A program made the position numbers and the translations under genes. This document shows positions 1 to 9,106 of a DNA stretch of 64,000 nucleotides, one piece after another. Positions within the stretch are counted from its first letter, which is position 1, and each line of letters begins with the position of its first letter. The stretch is from the NCBI GenBank assembly GCA_012837435.1, contig DURD01000007.1, positions 11,445-75,444 of the forward strand, in the 5' to 3' direction. Under the pieces are notes generated by a model, which worked only from the letters and a program-made list of their open reading frames with translations, searched no databases and was not told where the DNA came from. The DNA is from Erysipelotrichaceae bacterium (GTDB lineage: Bacteria; Bacillota_I; Bacilli_A; RFN20; CAG-826).

Positions 1-885
1 GTTTAAAACAGCGCTTTTACCAGAGGCTATTTTTCCAACAATAGCAATCTTTAAGGGAGCAACATTTTTCTTTTGACAAGAAGGACAATAAGTTGTTCCT
101 CGACCATTTACCTTGATAAAACGTAAAATTCTGTGACATGAAACACACTTTTTACCTTTTTGACCGTAAACTCTCAACTTGTTTTGAAAATTGCCAGAAA
201 TCCCTTTTCCTGATTCATAACTTTTTACTGTCGATCCTCCAGCGGCGATAGCTTGCTTTAAAACCGTTTTGGTATTTTTAACGATTAATTCCCATTCGTT
301 TTTACTAATATTTCTTGTGGGGGTTAAAGGATGAATCTTACTTAAAAATAAAACTTCATCAGCGTAGATATTGCCTAAACCAACAAATAGTTTTTGACTT
401 AGTAGGGCGGTCTTAATCGGCACATTGACTTTTTGACTTTTTTCTAATAGGAAATCCACATTAGTAATCTCAAAAGGTTCGGGACCTAATTTGGCCAATT
501 CTTTAATTTTTAAATAATTATGGTCGTAAGCCATAAACATTTTGCCAAAGCAACGCGAGTCGTCATAACACAGTTTTTTATTGTTATCTAAATGAAACGC
601 TACGCGACAATATTTACTATCAGCTTCATTTTCTGCTAGTTCGTAGTATTTACCTTCCATTCCTAAATGAGAAACTAAAATTTTATGATCGCTTAAATGA
701 AAAATTAAATATTTTCCTCGTCTAGAAATATTTAGGAACTTAGCATTATTCATGAATTCTTTGAATTCATTTTCTAAATTTTTAACAATGCTTTTTCTAA
801 AAACTTCTACCTTTAAAACTCTCCGATCTTTGACAATCGGTAAAAGGGTATTTTTAATTGTTTCAACTTCTGGTAATTCTGGCAT
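1..885 (-). CDS. mutM: Formamidopyrimidine-DNA glycosylase (Fpg/MutM), partial. The reading frame continues past the C-terminal zinc finger into a CoaE-like P-loop N-terminus and runs off the window.
   Basis: The reverse complement of 840-885 encodes MPELPEVETIKNTLLP, the canonical Fpg N-terminus with catalytic Pro2 and Glu3. The reverse complement of 1-180 encodes ...KKCVSCHRILRFIKVNGRGTTYCPSCQKK, a CxxC-x16-CxxC zinc finger. This is followed in frame by NVAPLKIAIVGKIASGKSAVLN, a Walker A motif typical of dephospho-CoA kinase, with no stop codon. The gene lies 2 nt downstream of the polA stop, as in the polA-mutM-coaE order of Firmicutes. Confidence 0.8.
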   Translation of the reverse strand, partial: MPELPEVETIKNTLLPIVKDRRVLKVEVFRKSIVKNLENEFKEFMNNAKFLNISRRGKYLIFHLSDHKILVSHLGMEGKYYELAENEADSKYCRVAFHLDNNKKLCYDDSRCFGKMFMAYDHNYLKIKELAKLGPEPFEITNVDFLLEKSQKVNVPIKTALLSQKLFVGLGNIYADEVLFLSKIHPLTPTRNISKNEWELIVKNTKTVLKQAIAAGGSTVKSYESGKGISGNFQNKLRVYGQKGKKCVSCHRILRFIKVNGRGTTYCPSCQKKNVAPLKIAIVGKIASGKSAVLN

Positions 886-887
886 AT

Positions 888-3485
888 TTACATAGTGCTA
901 TACCAATCTAAACCAAATCCTCCACTGACTTCAAGAGGAATGTCTAAATCTAAAGCATTTTCCATAATATCTTTAATGAGCTTATAAACTTGTTCTTTTT
1001 CCTCTTTGGGAACACGGAAGATTAATTCATCATGAATTTGTAAAATCATTTGCGTTTGATATTTTCCCTCTTTTAAAGCCTGATTTATCTTGATCATCGC
1101 TAATTTTATTAAATCGGCAGCAGTTCCTTGTACAGGAGCGTTCATCGCCGCTCTTTTCGCCGCTTCTCTTTTTTGATAGTTACTATCATTTAATTCTCTT
1201 AAATATCTTCTTCTTCCTAATAAAGTCGAGACATAACCATTTTTTAAAGCGTCATTAACGACATTAGTAAAAAAGGTCGCAACTTCCGGAAATGATTTAT
1301 AAAAAGAGTTGATAATTTTTTTAGCTTCCTTTGGTGGTATTTCAAGTTGTTCCGCTAATCCCCAGTCTGAGATGCCATAAATCACACCAAAATTCACCGT
1401 TTTAGCTCGACTTCTTTGTAGAGGAGTGGGGGGTTGGTGAAGGTTAAAAATCTTAATCGCGGTTTCCGCGTGAATATCTTTTTTTGAGAGGAATATATCT
1501 TTTAAGGATGGGCAATTTGATAAGGAGGCTAATACTCGTAATTCAATTTGCGAATAGTCTAAAGATAATATTTCATAAGTGTGGTTAGGATAATAGAAAG
1601 CTTTTCTAATAGTTCTACCTTCCTCGTCTCTAATTGATATATTTTGCAAATTCGGTTCCGAAGAAGATAGCCTACCAGTGGTAGTCAGAGCTTGATTAAA
1701 TTTTGCGTGAATTTTTCCATCGTCATGAATTTGACTTTTTAATCCTTCAACATAAGTGGTCAATAATTTAAAATACTTGCGATATTCTAATATTTTATCA
1801 ACTATTGGGTGCTCGTCTTTAATTTCCTTTAAAGAATCGCTCGATGTCGATAGTTTTTTATTGCTCGATAAACCCAATTTATTGTATAAAATATTTCCGA
1901 TTTGTTTAGGGGAGGCTAAATTAAATCTCTCGCCCACTAGATTGTAGATTTCTTCAGAGATTTCATCGATTTTCGCTTGATAAATTTCACCGAATTCTTC
2001 TAGCATTTTTTTATCGACGGGAAAACCCTCTATTTCCATATCTGCGAGGGTATCAACTAAGGGAATTTCTAATTCATTAAAAAGTTTATAAGCGGATATT
2101 TTTTCTAATTCTTCTTGAACTTTTTTGGCTAATATTAAGGAATAATAGGCAATTTTGCCAGTTCTATCACTGGCTTCGTTACCGAATAAGGATAACGTTT
2201 CCGGTTGCTTTCCTAAATCGACTCCAAAAATATTCATCACGGCTTCTACGTTGTTTTTAATCGAGGAATCGAGTAGATAGGAAGCAATTAGTAAATCGAA
2301 TTTTAAACCCGCGATTTCAATCTCGTTTTTCTTTAAGGCCACTTTGATGGCTTTATAGTCATAACAATATTTATGGACATTCCTATCTTTCAATATGTCT
2401 AGAGCTTTTTGATCCTTTTTTAAGTCTTCAAAAGATAGATAGTAAGTATTTTCTCCGTTAGAAAAAGCCATGCCGTATAGTAAACCCAATGTATAATTGT
2501 CGTCGCTATAATCAAGAGAAATTCCTACTTTATCTTTACATACAAAATCTTTTAAAGATGTGACAGTTTCAACGGAAACAGTAACGTCAGACAAATCAGT
2601 TTTTTTCCATTTTTGGACGATTTTTGACATGAATTGTTTTAAACCATAAGTTTGCGCAAAAGCACTGATAGTTTTAAATTCATAACCTCGATAAATTGTA
2701 TCTTTAATGGAGAAAGGTAGAGATATATCAGTTTTAATTATCGATAGGTCTCTGGATAGTTTGCCTATATCCTGATGCTCTTTTAAAGCTTCGCCCACTT
2801 TGCCATCGATTTCATCAGCGTGAGCGATAATATTATCAAATGAACCATATTCTTTAATTAATTTTACCGCGGTAACTTTACCGATTCCTTTTATACCAGG
2901 TAGGTTGTCACTACTATCGCCTCTCAGCCCTTTATAATCGACGATTTGAACTGGAGAAATTCCGTAGGTTTCTTCAACGAGTTCGGGGGTCATAGTCACT
3001 ACATCAGACAATCCTCTTTTGATGAGATTAACTGATATATCATCGTCCACTAATTGTAAAAAATCTCGATCAGAAGTATAGATTGTGACTTCATAGCCTT
3101 CTTTTTGCGCTAATTTAGCGACGGTTCCAGCGATGTCATCCCCCTCAAAACCTTCTTGCTCATAGATATAAATACCTAAAGATTTCAAAAATTCTCTAGC
3201 GATGGGAAATTGTGTTACTAAATCTTCGGGTGTGGGTTTGCGATTAATTTTATATGTTTCTAATTGCTCGTTTCTGAAAGTTTGTTTTCCCGCATCAAAA
3301 GCGACGATGATACCTTCATCCTCTTTGACGTCGTTTAGTATTCGGTTGATCATATTGGAAAATGCAAAGATAGCGTTAGTTGGAACGCCTTCTTGATTTC
3401 TCATAATTTCCATTCCCGGATAAGCGGTGGCATAATACGCTCTAAATAGCAGAGAATTTCCATCAATAATTGTTATTTTTGCCAT
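888..3485 (-). CDS. polA: DNA polymerase I
   Basis: The 894-aa ORF has a 5'-3' exonuclease N-terminus (MAKITIIDGNSLLFRAYYA) and C-terminal polymerase motifs (RRxAKxxNFGxxYG, QIHDELIF). The start at 3485 (MAKIT) is preceded by GGAGG at a 9-nt spacing. The track's longer N-terminal extension lacks an RBS. Confidence 0.9.
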   Translation of the reverse strand: MAKITIIDGNSLLFRAYYATAYPGMEIMRNQEGVPTNAIFAFSNMINRILNDVKEDEGIIVAFDAGKQTFRNEQLETYKINRKPTPEDLVTQFPIAREFLKSLGIYIYEQEGFEGDDIAGTVAKLAQKEGYEVTIYTSDRDFLQLVDDDISVNLIKRGLSDVVTMTPELVEETYGISPVQIVDYKGLRGDSSDNLPGIKGIGKVTAVKLIKEYGSFDNIIAHADEIDGKVGEALKEHQDIGKLSRDLSIIKTDISLPFSIKDTIYRGYEFKTISAFAQTYGLKQFMSKIVQKWKKTDLSDVTVSVETVTSLKDFVCKDKVGISLDYSDDNYTLGLLYGMAFSNGENTYYLSFEDLKKDQKALDILKDRNVHKYCYDYKAIKVALKKNEIEIAGLKFDLLIASYLLDSSIKNNVEAVMNIFGVDLGKQPETLSLFGNEASDRTGKIAYYSLILAKKVQEELEKISAYKLFNELEIPLVDTLADMEIEGFPVDKKMLEEFGEIYQAKIDEISEEIYNLVGERFNLASPKQIGNILYNKLGLSSNKKLSTSSDSLKEIKDEHPIVDKILEYRKYFKLLTTYVEGLKSQIHDDGKIHAKFNQALTTTGRLSSSEPNLQNISIRDEEGRTIRKAFYYPNHTYEILSLDYSQIELRVLASLSNCPSLKDIFLSKKDIHAETAIKIFNLHQPPTPLQRSRAKTVNFGVIYGISDWGLAEQLEIPPKEAKKIINSFYKSFPEVATFFTNVVNDALKNGYVSTLLGRRRYLRELNDSNYQKREAAKRAAMNAPVQGTAADLIKLAMIKINQALKEGKYQTQMILQIHDELIFRVPKEEKEQVYKLIKDIMENALDLDIPLEVSGGFGLDWYSTM

Positions 3486-3486
3486 T

Positions 3487-6400
3487 TTATTCATCCTCCA
3501 ATGGGTAAATGTTGTCAGCAATGTAGCTATAGTCATCTTGGCGTTTTTTGCGTTTAATGTCGCAAACAACAAGGTTGTTTTTTTCTACTAAATCTAAAAC
3601 ATTAGCATAAGTATCAGGAAAAACTGTAATTTCAATTTCATCAGTTTCATCGAGAAGTTTAACAAAGGCCATGGTCGACCCCTTTTTGGTATTTATCTTT
3701 TTAACATCTTTAATTAAACCCGCAATTTTAGCTTCAAATAGATATTTAGCTTCAACGATGGGAATGACGTTTTTCTCAGCTAAGATTTCTTTTTTATAAT
3801 ATAGTGGATTATTTGAAATCATCATCCCTAAAACTTCATATTCTCTATTTAGATTTTCGATAGGATCATCTTTTTGCTCGATAGTGTAAGGAGTGATAAA
3901 GGCCGAGAAGCCAATATTTAATTGACCATCTTCTTTATAGGTTAATTCGGCGAATTGAAGAGCGCTCTTTACTGTCGCTCTCAGCGAGGCTCTCGAAGGA
4001 TTAAAAGAGTCAAAACAACCAGCATCTATCAGTCGAACAATTTGTTCATCATTAATTTTTAAATTATACATTCGAGAGACAAAATCAAAGAAATCCGTGA
4101 ATGGCTTTTCTTTTCTTTCATTTATTATGTTATCCACTAATAAGTTATTAATGCCTTTTATACCGCTGAGTGGGAAGAGCAATCCATTTTCATAGACTAA
4201 AAAAGTTTTCGTCGAAGCGTTGATGTTAGGAGCAATAATTTTAATGTTCCTTTTTTTCATTTCGCTGACATATTCACTAAATTTAGTATCGGATGTTCCG
4301 CTGGCGGTCTCCAAAATAGCGGCGTAAAATTCTAGGGGATAATGAAGTTTTAAAAACGCTGTTCGACAAGTGATGATTGCGTAGACAGCGGGATGGGATT
4401 TATTAAAACCGTAACCCGCAAATTTTTTGATATTGTTAAATACTTTTCTAGCCACGGTTTCCGAATGGCCATTTTTAATTGAACCTTCGATAAAGGCTTT
4501 TTCGTTCGCGCTGATTATTCCCGCATCTTTTTTGGTAATAGCTCTTCTAAACAAATCAGCTTCCGCCATAGAAAATCCCGCCATCACTCGAGCGATTTCA
4601 TTGACTTGTTCTTGATAGACAATAATGCCATATGTCGGTTTTAAAATCTTTTCTAAACATGGATCATCATAAGTAATTTTTTCTTTTCCTTCTTTTCTTT
4701 TTCCGTAGGAAGGAATCGAATCCATCGGTCCGGGACGATATAAAGCTAGCAAAGCAATAATATCATCAAAGCAACTAGGTTTAAGAACGCTAATCGCTCT
4801 TTTTATACCGGAACTTTCCAGTTGAAAGATGCCCAGTGTTTGCCCAGAAGCAATGAATTCATAAACTTCTTTTTCATCGTAGGGAATATTAAATTTATCA
4901 ATAATGGGTATTTTCTTTCCATCGTTTATTAAATCCACACAATAAGAAATAGTGGTTAAATTTCTCAAGGCTAAAAAGTCAATTTTTAAAAAGCCTTGAT
5001 CTTCTAAATAGTTTAATTCGTATTGCGAAATATAGTTGTTAGAAAAGTCTATCGATAAAGGCAAAACTTCTTCTAACGGACCATGATTTAATATGACCCC
5101 AGCGGGATGTAAACCATTTTGTCTTATCAGTCCCTCGATTTTGCTTGCCAAAGACACAATTTGTAAAAAATATTCATCGCTATCCACTAATTTTTTAAAT
5201 TCTGGTATTTGTCGATAAGCTTGTCTTAAAGATAGTTTTGGATTTGATAGTCTTTTAGATAATAAATCGATATGATGAGTCGGAAAATTATATACTCTAC
5301 CGATATCTCTCAAGGCTTGTTTCGCTTGAATCGTTTGATAAGTGACAATATTGGCCACTCGAGAATTTCCGTACTTTTCTCTAACATATTCCACGACATC
5401 GTTACGTTTAATATCCATAAAATCCACATCGATATCGGGCATAGTTTGTCGATGAGGATTTAAAAATCTTTCAAATTGTAAATCTTCTTTAATCGGATCA
5501 ATTTCAGTTATATTAAGCAAGTAAGAAACTAAACTTCCCGCGGCGCTGCCTCTACCTGGTCCCACTAAAATATCGTTATTTTTAGCGTAAGAAACAAAAT
5601 CGTGAACGATTAAAAAATAATCGGCATATCCTAGATTAATAATTGTTTCTAATTCGTAATCTAATCTTTTTTGATAGATTTCAGTGGTTTCTAATCCCTT
5701 ATCCTTTAAAGATTCTCGGCACATTGTTTTTAAAGTCTTACTGGCATCATCAACGGGATAGTGGAGCATTTCCCCTCTTTTTTGATGAAAAGAAAAGGAA
5801 GTCGCCTCAACAATTTCTCTAGTATTTCTAATTTCTTTTGGCGTGTAAATTTTTTGATAATTATTAAAGGACATAAAATAGTCTTGTCCTTTTTCTTTTT
5901 TAATCGTGATTTCTTCTTCAGTGGCGATAGCTTCTACAATCGATAAAACAATCGCGTCATCGGTTTTTAAATATCTAATTTTTGGAAAAGCCACACAATT
6001 ATAAGGATGGTTGCTGACGAAATTTCTTATTTCATTAGCATAGCTAACTTCTTCTTTACTAGTGACCGATATCCCTAGATAAAAGTTACTTTTAAATAAC
6101 ACATCGTAATCGAATAACAAGCGATTAAGCTGTTCTCGATCTTCTTTAAAAAGAGTTTTGAATTTATCGTTAGAAGTCTCGATAACCCCTATCAAGCCCT
6201 CGCTATATTTTTTTAATAATTGGATGTCGAGAGATTGACTGCTTAAAGCGGTAGCAAGTTTCATCAAATGACGATAACCCGTTTCGTTTTTGACATACAA
6301 ACACAAAACATCATCGTTTAGTTCGACTTCCATACCAATGACGTAGGGACGATTTAATTCTTCTGCGGTTTTAATAAAGGCTGGCACCCCGTACATCACT

Positions 6401-6546
6401 CCGATATCGCATAGACCTAGACCGTAATAATCGTTTTTATAAACGCCAAGTTTGATTCTTTCCATAGTAAGACCGCTCTTTAAAAAAGAGTAATCAGAAA
6501 TGATGCGTAAAGGGACAAAATCGTTCATAGTTCTAATATAGCGCAT
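3487..6546 (-). CDS. dnaE: DNA polymerase III alpha subunit, DnaE type (short, about 1019 aa)
   Basis: An N-terminal PHP domain and a polymerase core spread along the full length. This is the compact size typical of Mollicutes and of low-GC Firmicutes that also carry PolC. Confidence 0.8.
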   Translation of the reverse strand: MRYIRTMNDFVPLRIISDYSFLKSGLTMERIKLGVYKNDYYGLGLCDIGVMYGVPAFIKTAEELNRPYVIGMEVELNDDVLCLYVKNETGYRHLMKLATALSSQSLDIQLLKKYSEGLIGVIETSNDKFKTLFKEDREQLNRLLFDYDVLFKSNFYLGISVTSKEEVSYANEIRNFVSNHPYNCVAFPKIRYLKTDDAIVLSIVEAIATEEEITIKKEKGQDYFMSFNNYQKIYTPKEIRNTREIVEATSFSFHQKRGEMLHYPVDDASKTLKTMCRESLKDKGLETTEIYQKRLDYELETIINLGYADYFLIVHDFVSYAKNNDILVGPGRGSAAGSLVSYLLNITEIDPIKEDLQFERFLNPHRQTMPDIDVDFMDIKRNDVVEYVREKYGNSRVANIVTYQTIQAKQALRDIGRVYNFPTHHIDLLSKRLSNPKLSLRQAYRQIPEFKKLVDSDEYFLQIVSLASKIEGLIRQNGLHPAGVILNHGPLEEVLPLSIDFSNNYISQYELNYLEDQGFLKIDFLALRNLTTISYCVDLINDGKKIPIIDKFNIPYDEKEVYEFIASGQTLGIFQLESSGIKRAISVLKPSCFDDIIALLALYRPGPMDSIPSYGKRKEGKEKITYDDPCLEKILKPTYGIIVYQEQVNEIARVMAGFSMAEADLFRRAITKKDAGIISANEKAFIEGSIKNGHSETVARKVFNNIKKFAGYGFNKSHPAVYAIITCRTAFLKLHYPLEFYAAILETASGTSDTKFSEYVSEMKKRNIKIIAPNINASTKTFLVYENGLLFPLSGIKGINNLLVDNIINERKEKPFTDFFDFVSRMYNLKINDEQIVRLIDAGCFDSFNPSRASLRATVKSALQFAELTYKEDGQLNIGFSAFITPYTIEQKDDPIENLNREYEVLGMMISNNPLYYKKEILAEKNVIPIVEAKYLFEAKIAGLIKDVKKINTKKGSTMAFVKLLDETDEIEITVFPDTYANVLDLVEKNNLVVCDIKRKKRQDDYSYIADNIYPLEDE

Positions 6547-6576
6547 TTAAGGCTTAAATTAAATTTTTTAGTACCT

Positions 6577-7572
6577 TTATTCGGTAAATAATGCCTCTAA
6601 TTCCCCGATAAATTTATCTAATTCACTAATATTGTTTAAACGAGCGCCACTCGCTAGGGCATGGCCTCCACCTCCCCATCTAGCGGCTAATTCGTTAATT
6701 GGTTTTTCTTTACTGCGAAGAGAAATCCGCCAGCAATTGTCTTTAATATCTTCGGTTATCGAGCACCATGCCTCAATGCCTTCGATATTAGAAAATAGGT
6801 TAACATTTTCTTTGCCACGTTCCGTAGTTATATTTAATTCTTTTAACACTTTATCCGGTAAAAGATAATAAGCCACTCCATTTTTTGTGGTTTTAAAATT
6901 ATCAATAATATAGCCCATAATCTTCAAATCATCAATTTGTCTTAAGTACATCGTTTGATAAATTTCTGTAATATCAATACCGATTTCTAATAAGTAAGCG
7001 GCTGTGATAAAAGTGACTTGAGAAGTTGAGGAATATTGAAATCTTCCAGAATCACCAGCGATCGCGGAGTATAGATAAGAAGCAGCTTTCTTGCTTAAAA
7101 CATAATGACCTTTTAAGGATAGAAGCATGTTGGTAATCATTTCAGCCGTCGCACAAGCCTTTACATTAACGATAGAAATATCTCCAAATTTTTCTATTTC
7201 AGGGTGATGATCAATTTTAATGATAAATTCAGCATTTTTATAACGAGGATCAGAAATTCTTGCGAGGTTAGCGACATCTAAAATAATCGCTAGAAATGGC
7301 GTTTTAAACCAATCTTCATCTATCTTGTCAGTTTTAGGATAAACGCGATTTGTATAGGTGACGTGATTGTCTCCTAAAACACACACATCTTTATTTGGAA
7401 AATTATCTTTCAGCCAAGTGGCTAAACCAAATTGAGAACCCAGAGCATCGTAATCCGGCGTGGCGTGACGAAAAACTGCAATGCGGTCATAATTCTTTAC
7501 CGCTTTTAAAAATCTCGAGATATCTTTTTTAAAAGGGGCTAAATATTCGATAATTTTCTTATCTAATTTCAT
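6577..7572 (-). CDS. nrnA: DHH/DHHA1 phosphoesterase, NrnA-like bifunctional oligoribonuclease / pAp phosphatase
   Basis: A DHH motif (IKIDHHPE) and a DHHA1 GGGH motif (AARWGGGGHALASG). Its start is about 30 nt downstream of the dnaE start and 3 nt after the ackA stop. Confidence 0.75.
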   Translation of the reverse strand: MKLDKKIIEYLAPFKKDISRFLKAVKNYDRIAVFRHATPDYDALGSQFGLATWLKDNFPNKDVCVLGDNHVTYTNRVYPKTDKIDEDWFKTPFLAIILDVANLARISDPRYKNAEFIIKIDHHPEIEKFGDISIVNVKACATAEMITNMLLSLKGHYVLSKKAASYLYSAIAGDSGRFQYSSTSQVTFITAAYLLEIGIDITEIYQTMYLRQIDDLKIMGYIIDNFKTTKNGVAYYLLPDKVLKELNITTERGKENVNLFSNIEGIEAWCSITEDIKDNCWRISLRSKEKPINELAARWGGGGHALASGARLNNISELDKFIGELEALFTE

Positions 7573-7575
7573 CTA

Positions 7576-8775
7576 TTACTTTCCTTTAATACACATGGCA
7601 TAACAATCACGAGCAATCATGACTTCTTCATCAGTGGGAATGATCACCACTTTGATTTTGCTTTCCGGTAGAGAGAGAACCACTTCTTTACCGCGAGCTG
7701 TGGAGTTGATTTTTTCATCGATTTTAACGCCGAGAGCTTCTTCTAATAAATGGCAGACTCTACGTCGTATTCTCGGTTCGTTTTCTCCGATACCCGCAGA
7801 AAAAATTAATAAATCACATCCGCCTAATCTCACGAAATATTGACCGATAAAATCAGCGATACGGCGACAGAATATCTGCACCGCTAGGAGGGCTCGTTCA
7901 TTGCCGTTTTCTGCCGCGGCTAAAACATCTCGCGTGTCATTTGAAACACCAGAGACCCCTAAAAAACCTGATTTCTTATTGAACATTTGGTAAACTTCTT
8001 CCGCGGATTTTCCGGTTACTGAAACGACGTGATTAAAAACGCTAGGGTCCATATCGCCAGTTCTCGTCCCCATCATCACGCCCCCTAAAGGAGTTAAGCC
8101 CATGGATGTGGCGACGCATTTGCCGTCCTTAATCGCAGTGATAGAAGAGCCAGAACCAATATGACAAGAAATAATACGGGGATGTTTGACACCTTTTAGA
8201 TATTTCAAGCCTTCAAGCGACAAATATTGATGGCTAGTGCCGTGCGCCCCATATCTTCTAATATCATATTTTTTACTCAGTTCATAGGGGATAGGGAAAG
8301 TATAATCCGCTGGTTCCATTGTCTGATGGAAAGCGGTATCGAAGGTGGCAATTGCCGGACAATTGGGCAAGGCTTCTTTAAAAGCTCTATAACAAGTCAA
8401 ATGGGCAGCATTATGGAGTAAAGCTAGAGGAATTAAAGATTCGATTTTCTTTTCGGTATCTTCGTTAAAGAAGGCGGAAGAAGAAAAATATTTTCCTCCC
8501 TGAACAATTCTATGACCGATGGCTTTGATTTCATTAAAATCTTGTATAACACCCTTTTCAATCAGACTTTGAACGACTAACTTAGCCGCTACTCCATGAT
8601 TAGGAAAAACGGGATAAGTTACATCGCTATTTCCGTTATATTTAATTGTAAAGATGCCATCTGGCAAACCAATTCTTTCACAGTTTCCAGAGCAAAGCAC
8701 CTTTTCTTCAGGCATATCATATACTTTAAATTTCAATGATGAACTACCAGAATTTATCGTCATTACTATTGGCAT
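7576..8775 (-). CDS. ackA: Acetate kinase
   Basis: N-terminal INSGSSSLKFKV, matching the acetate kinase signature xNxGSSSxKxxL. The length is 399 aa, and a GAGAGG RBS precedes the ATG. Confidence 0.85.
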   Translation of the reverse strand: MPIVMTINSGSSSLKFKVYDMPEEKVLCSGNCERIGLPDGIFTIKYNGNSDVTYPVFPNHGVAAKLVVQSLIEKGVIQDFNEIKAIGHRIVQGGKYFSSSAFFNEDTEKKIESLIPLALLHNAAHLTCYRAFKEALPNCPAIATFDTAFHQTMEPADYTFPIPYELSKKYDIRRYGAHGTSHQYLSLEGLKYLKGVKHPRIISCHIGSGSSITAIKDGKCVATSMGLTPLGGVMMGTRTGDMDPSVFNHVVSVTGKSAEEVYQMFNKKSGFLGVSGVSNDTRDVLAAAENGNERALLAVQIFCRRIADFIGQYFVRLGGCDLLIFSAGIGENEPRIRRRVCHLLEEALGVKIDEKINSTARGKEVVLSLPESKIKVVIIPTDEEVMIARDCYAMCIKGK

Positions 8776-8799
8776 AATAATAAATCCTCTCTATCTATG

Positions 8800-8818
8800 T
8801 TTATTCAATAAACATTAA
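8800..8818. promoter_or_regulatory. Perfect 19-bp palindrome ATGTTTATTcAATAAACAT immediately upstream of the ackA RBS, a candidate operator
   Basis: Read directly from the sequence. The arms are 9 bp with a 1-nt centre, about 20 nt upstream of the ackA start codon on the minus strand. Confidence 0.4.
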
Positions 8819-9106
8819 AATATTATGTCATATTAGAGATGTTGTTTCAATTAATTGTTCGATGGGCACGCTATACACTGCGATAAAATATTGAATAAAA
8901 GAATAATTAAAGAGATGGCAATGAGAGCGACAAGCGAATAATCAAAATAGGTAATAGGTTAATTATAAAATAGAGATGTCAGTTTTATTCTCGTTTAATA
9001 GGAATAAATATGAGGATACTAAAAACCATTTCTTCCATCAAAAAATATAAATCTTATTTATTTATTCTGTTTTTTAATTATAATTAAAGCATTGGAGGTT
9101 TTCATT

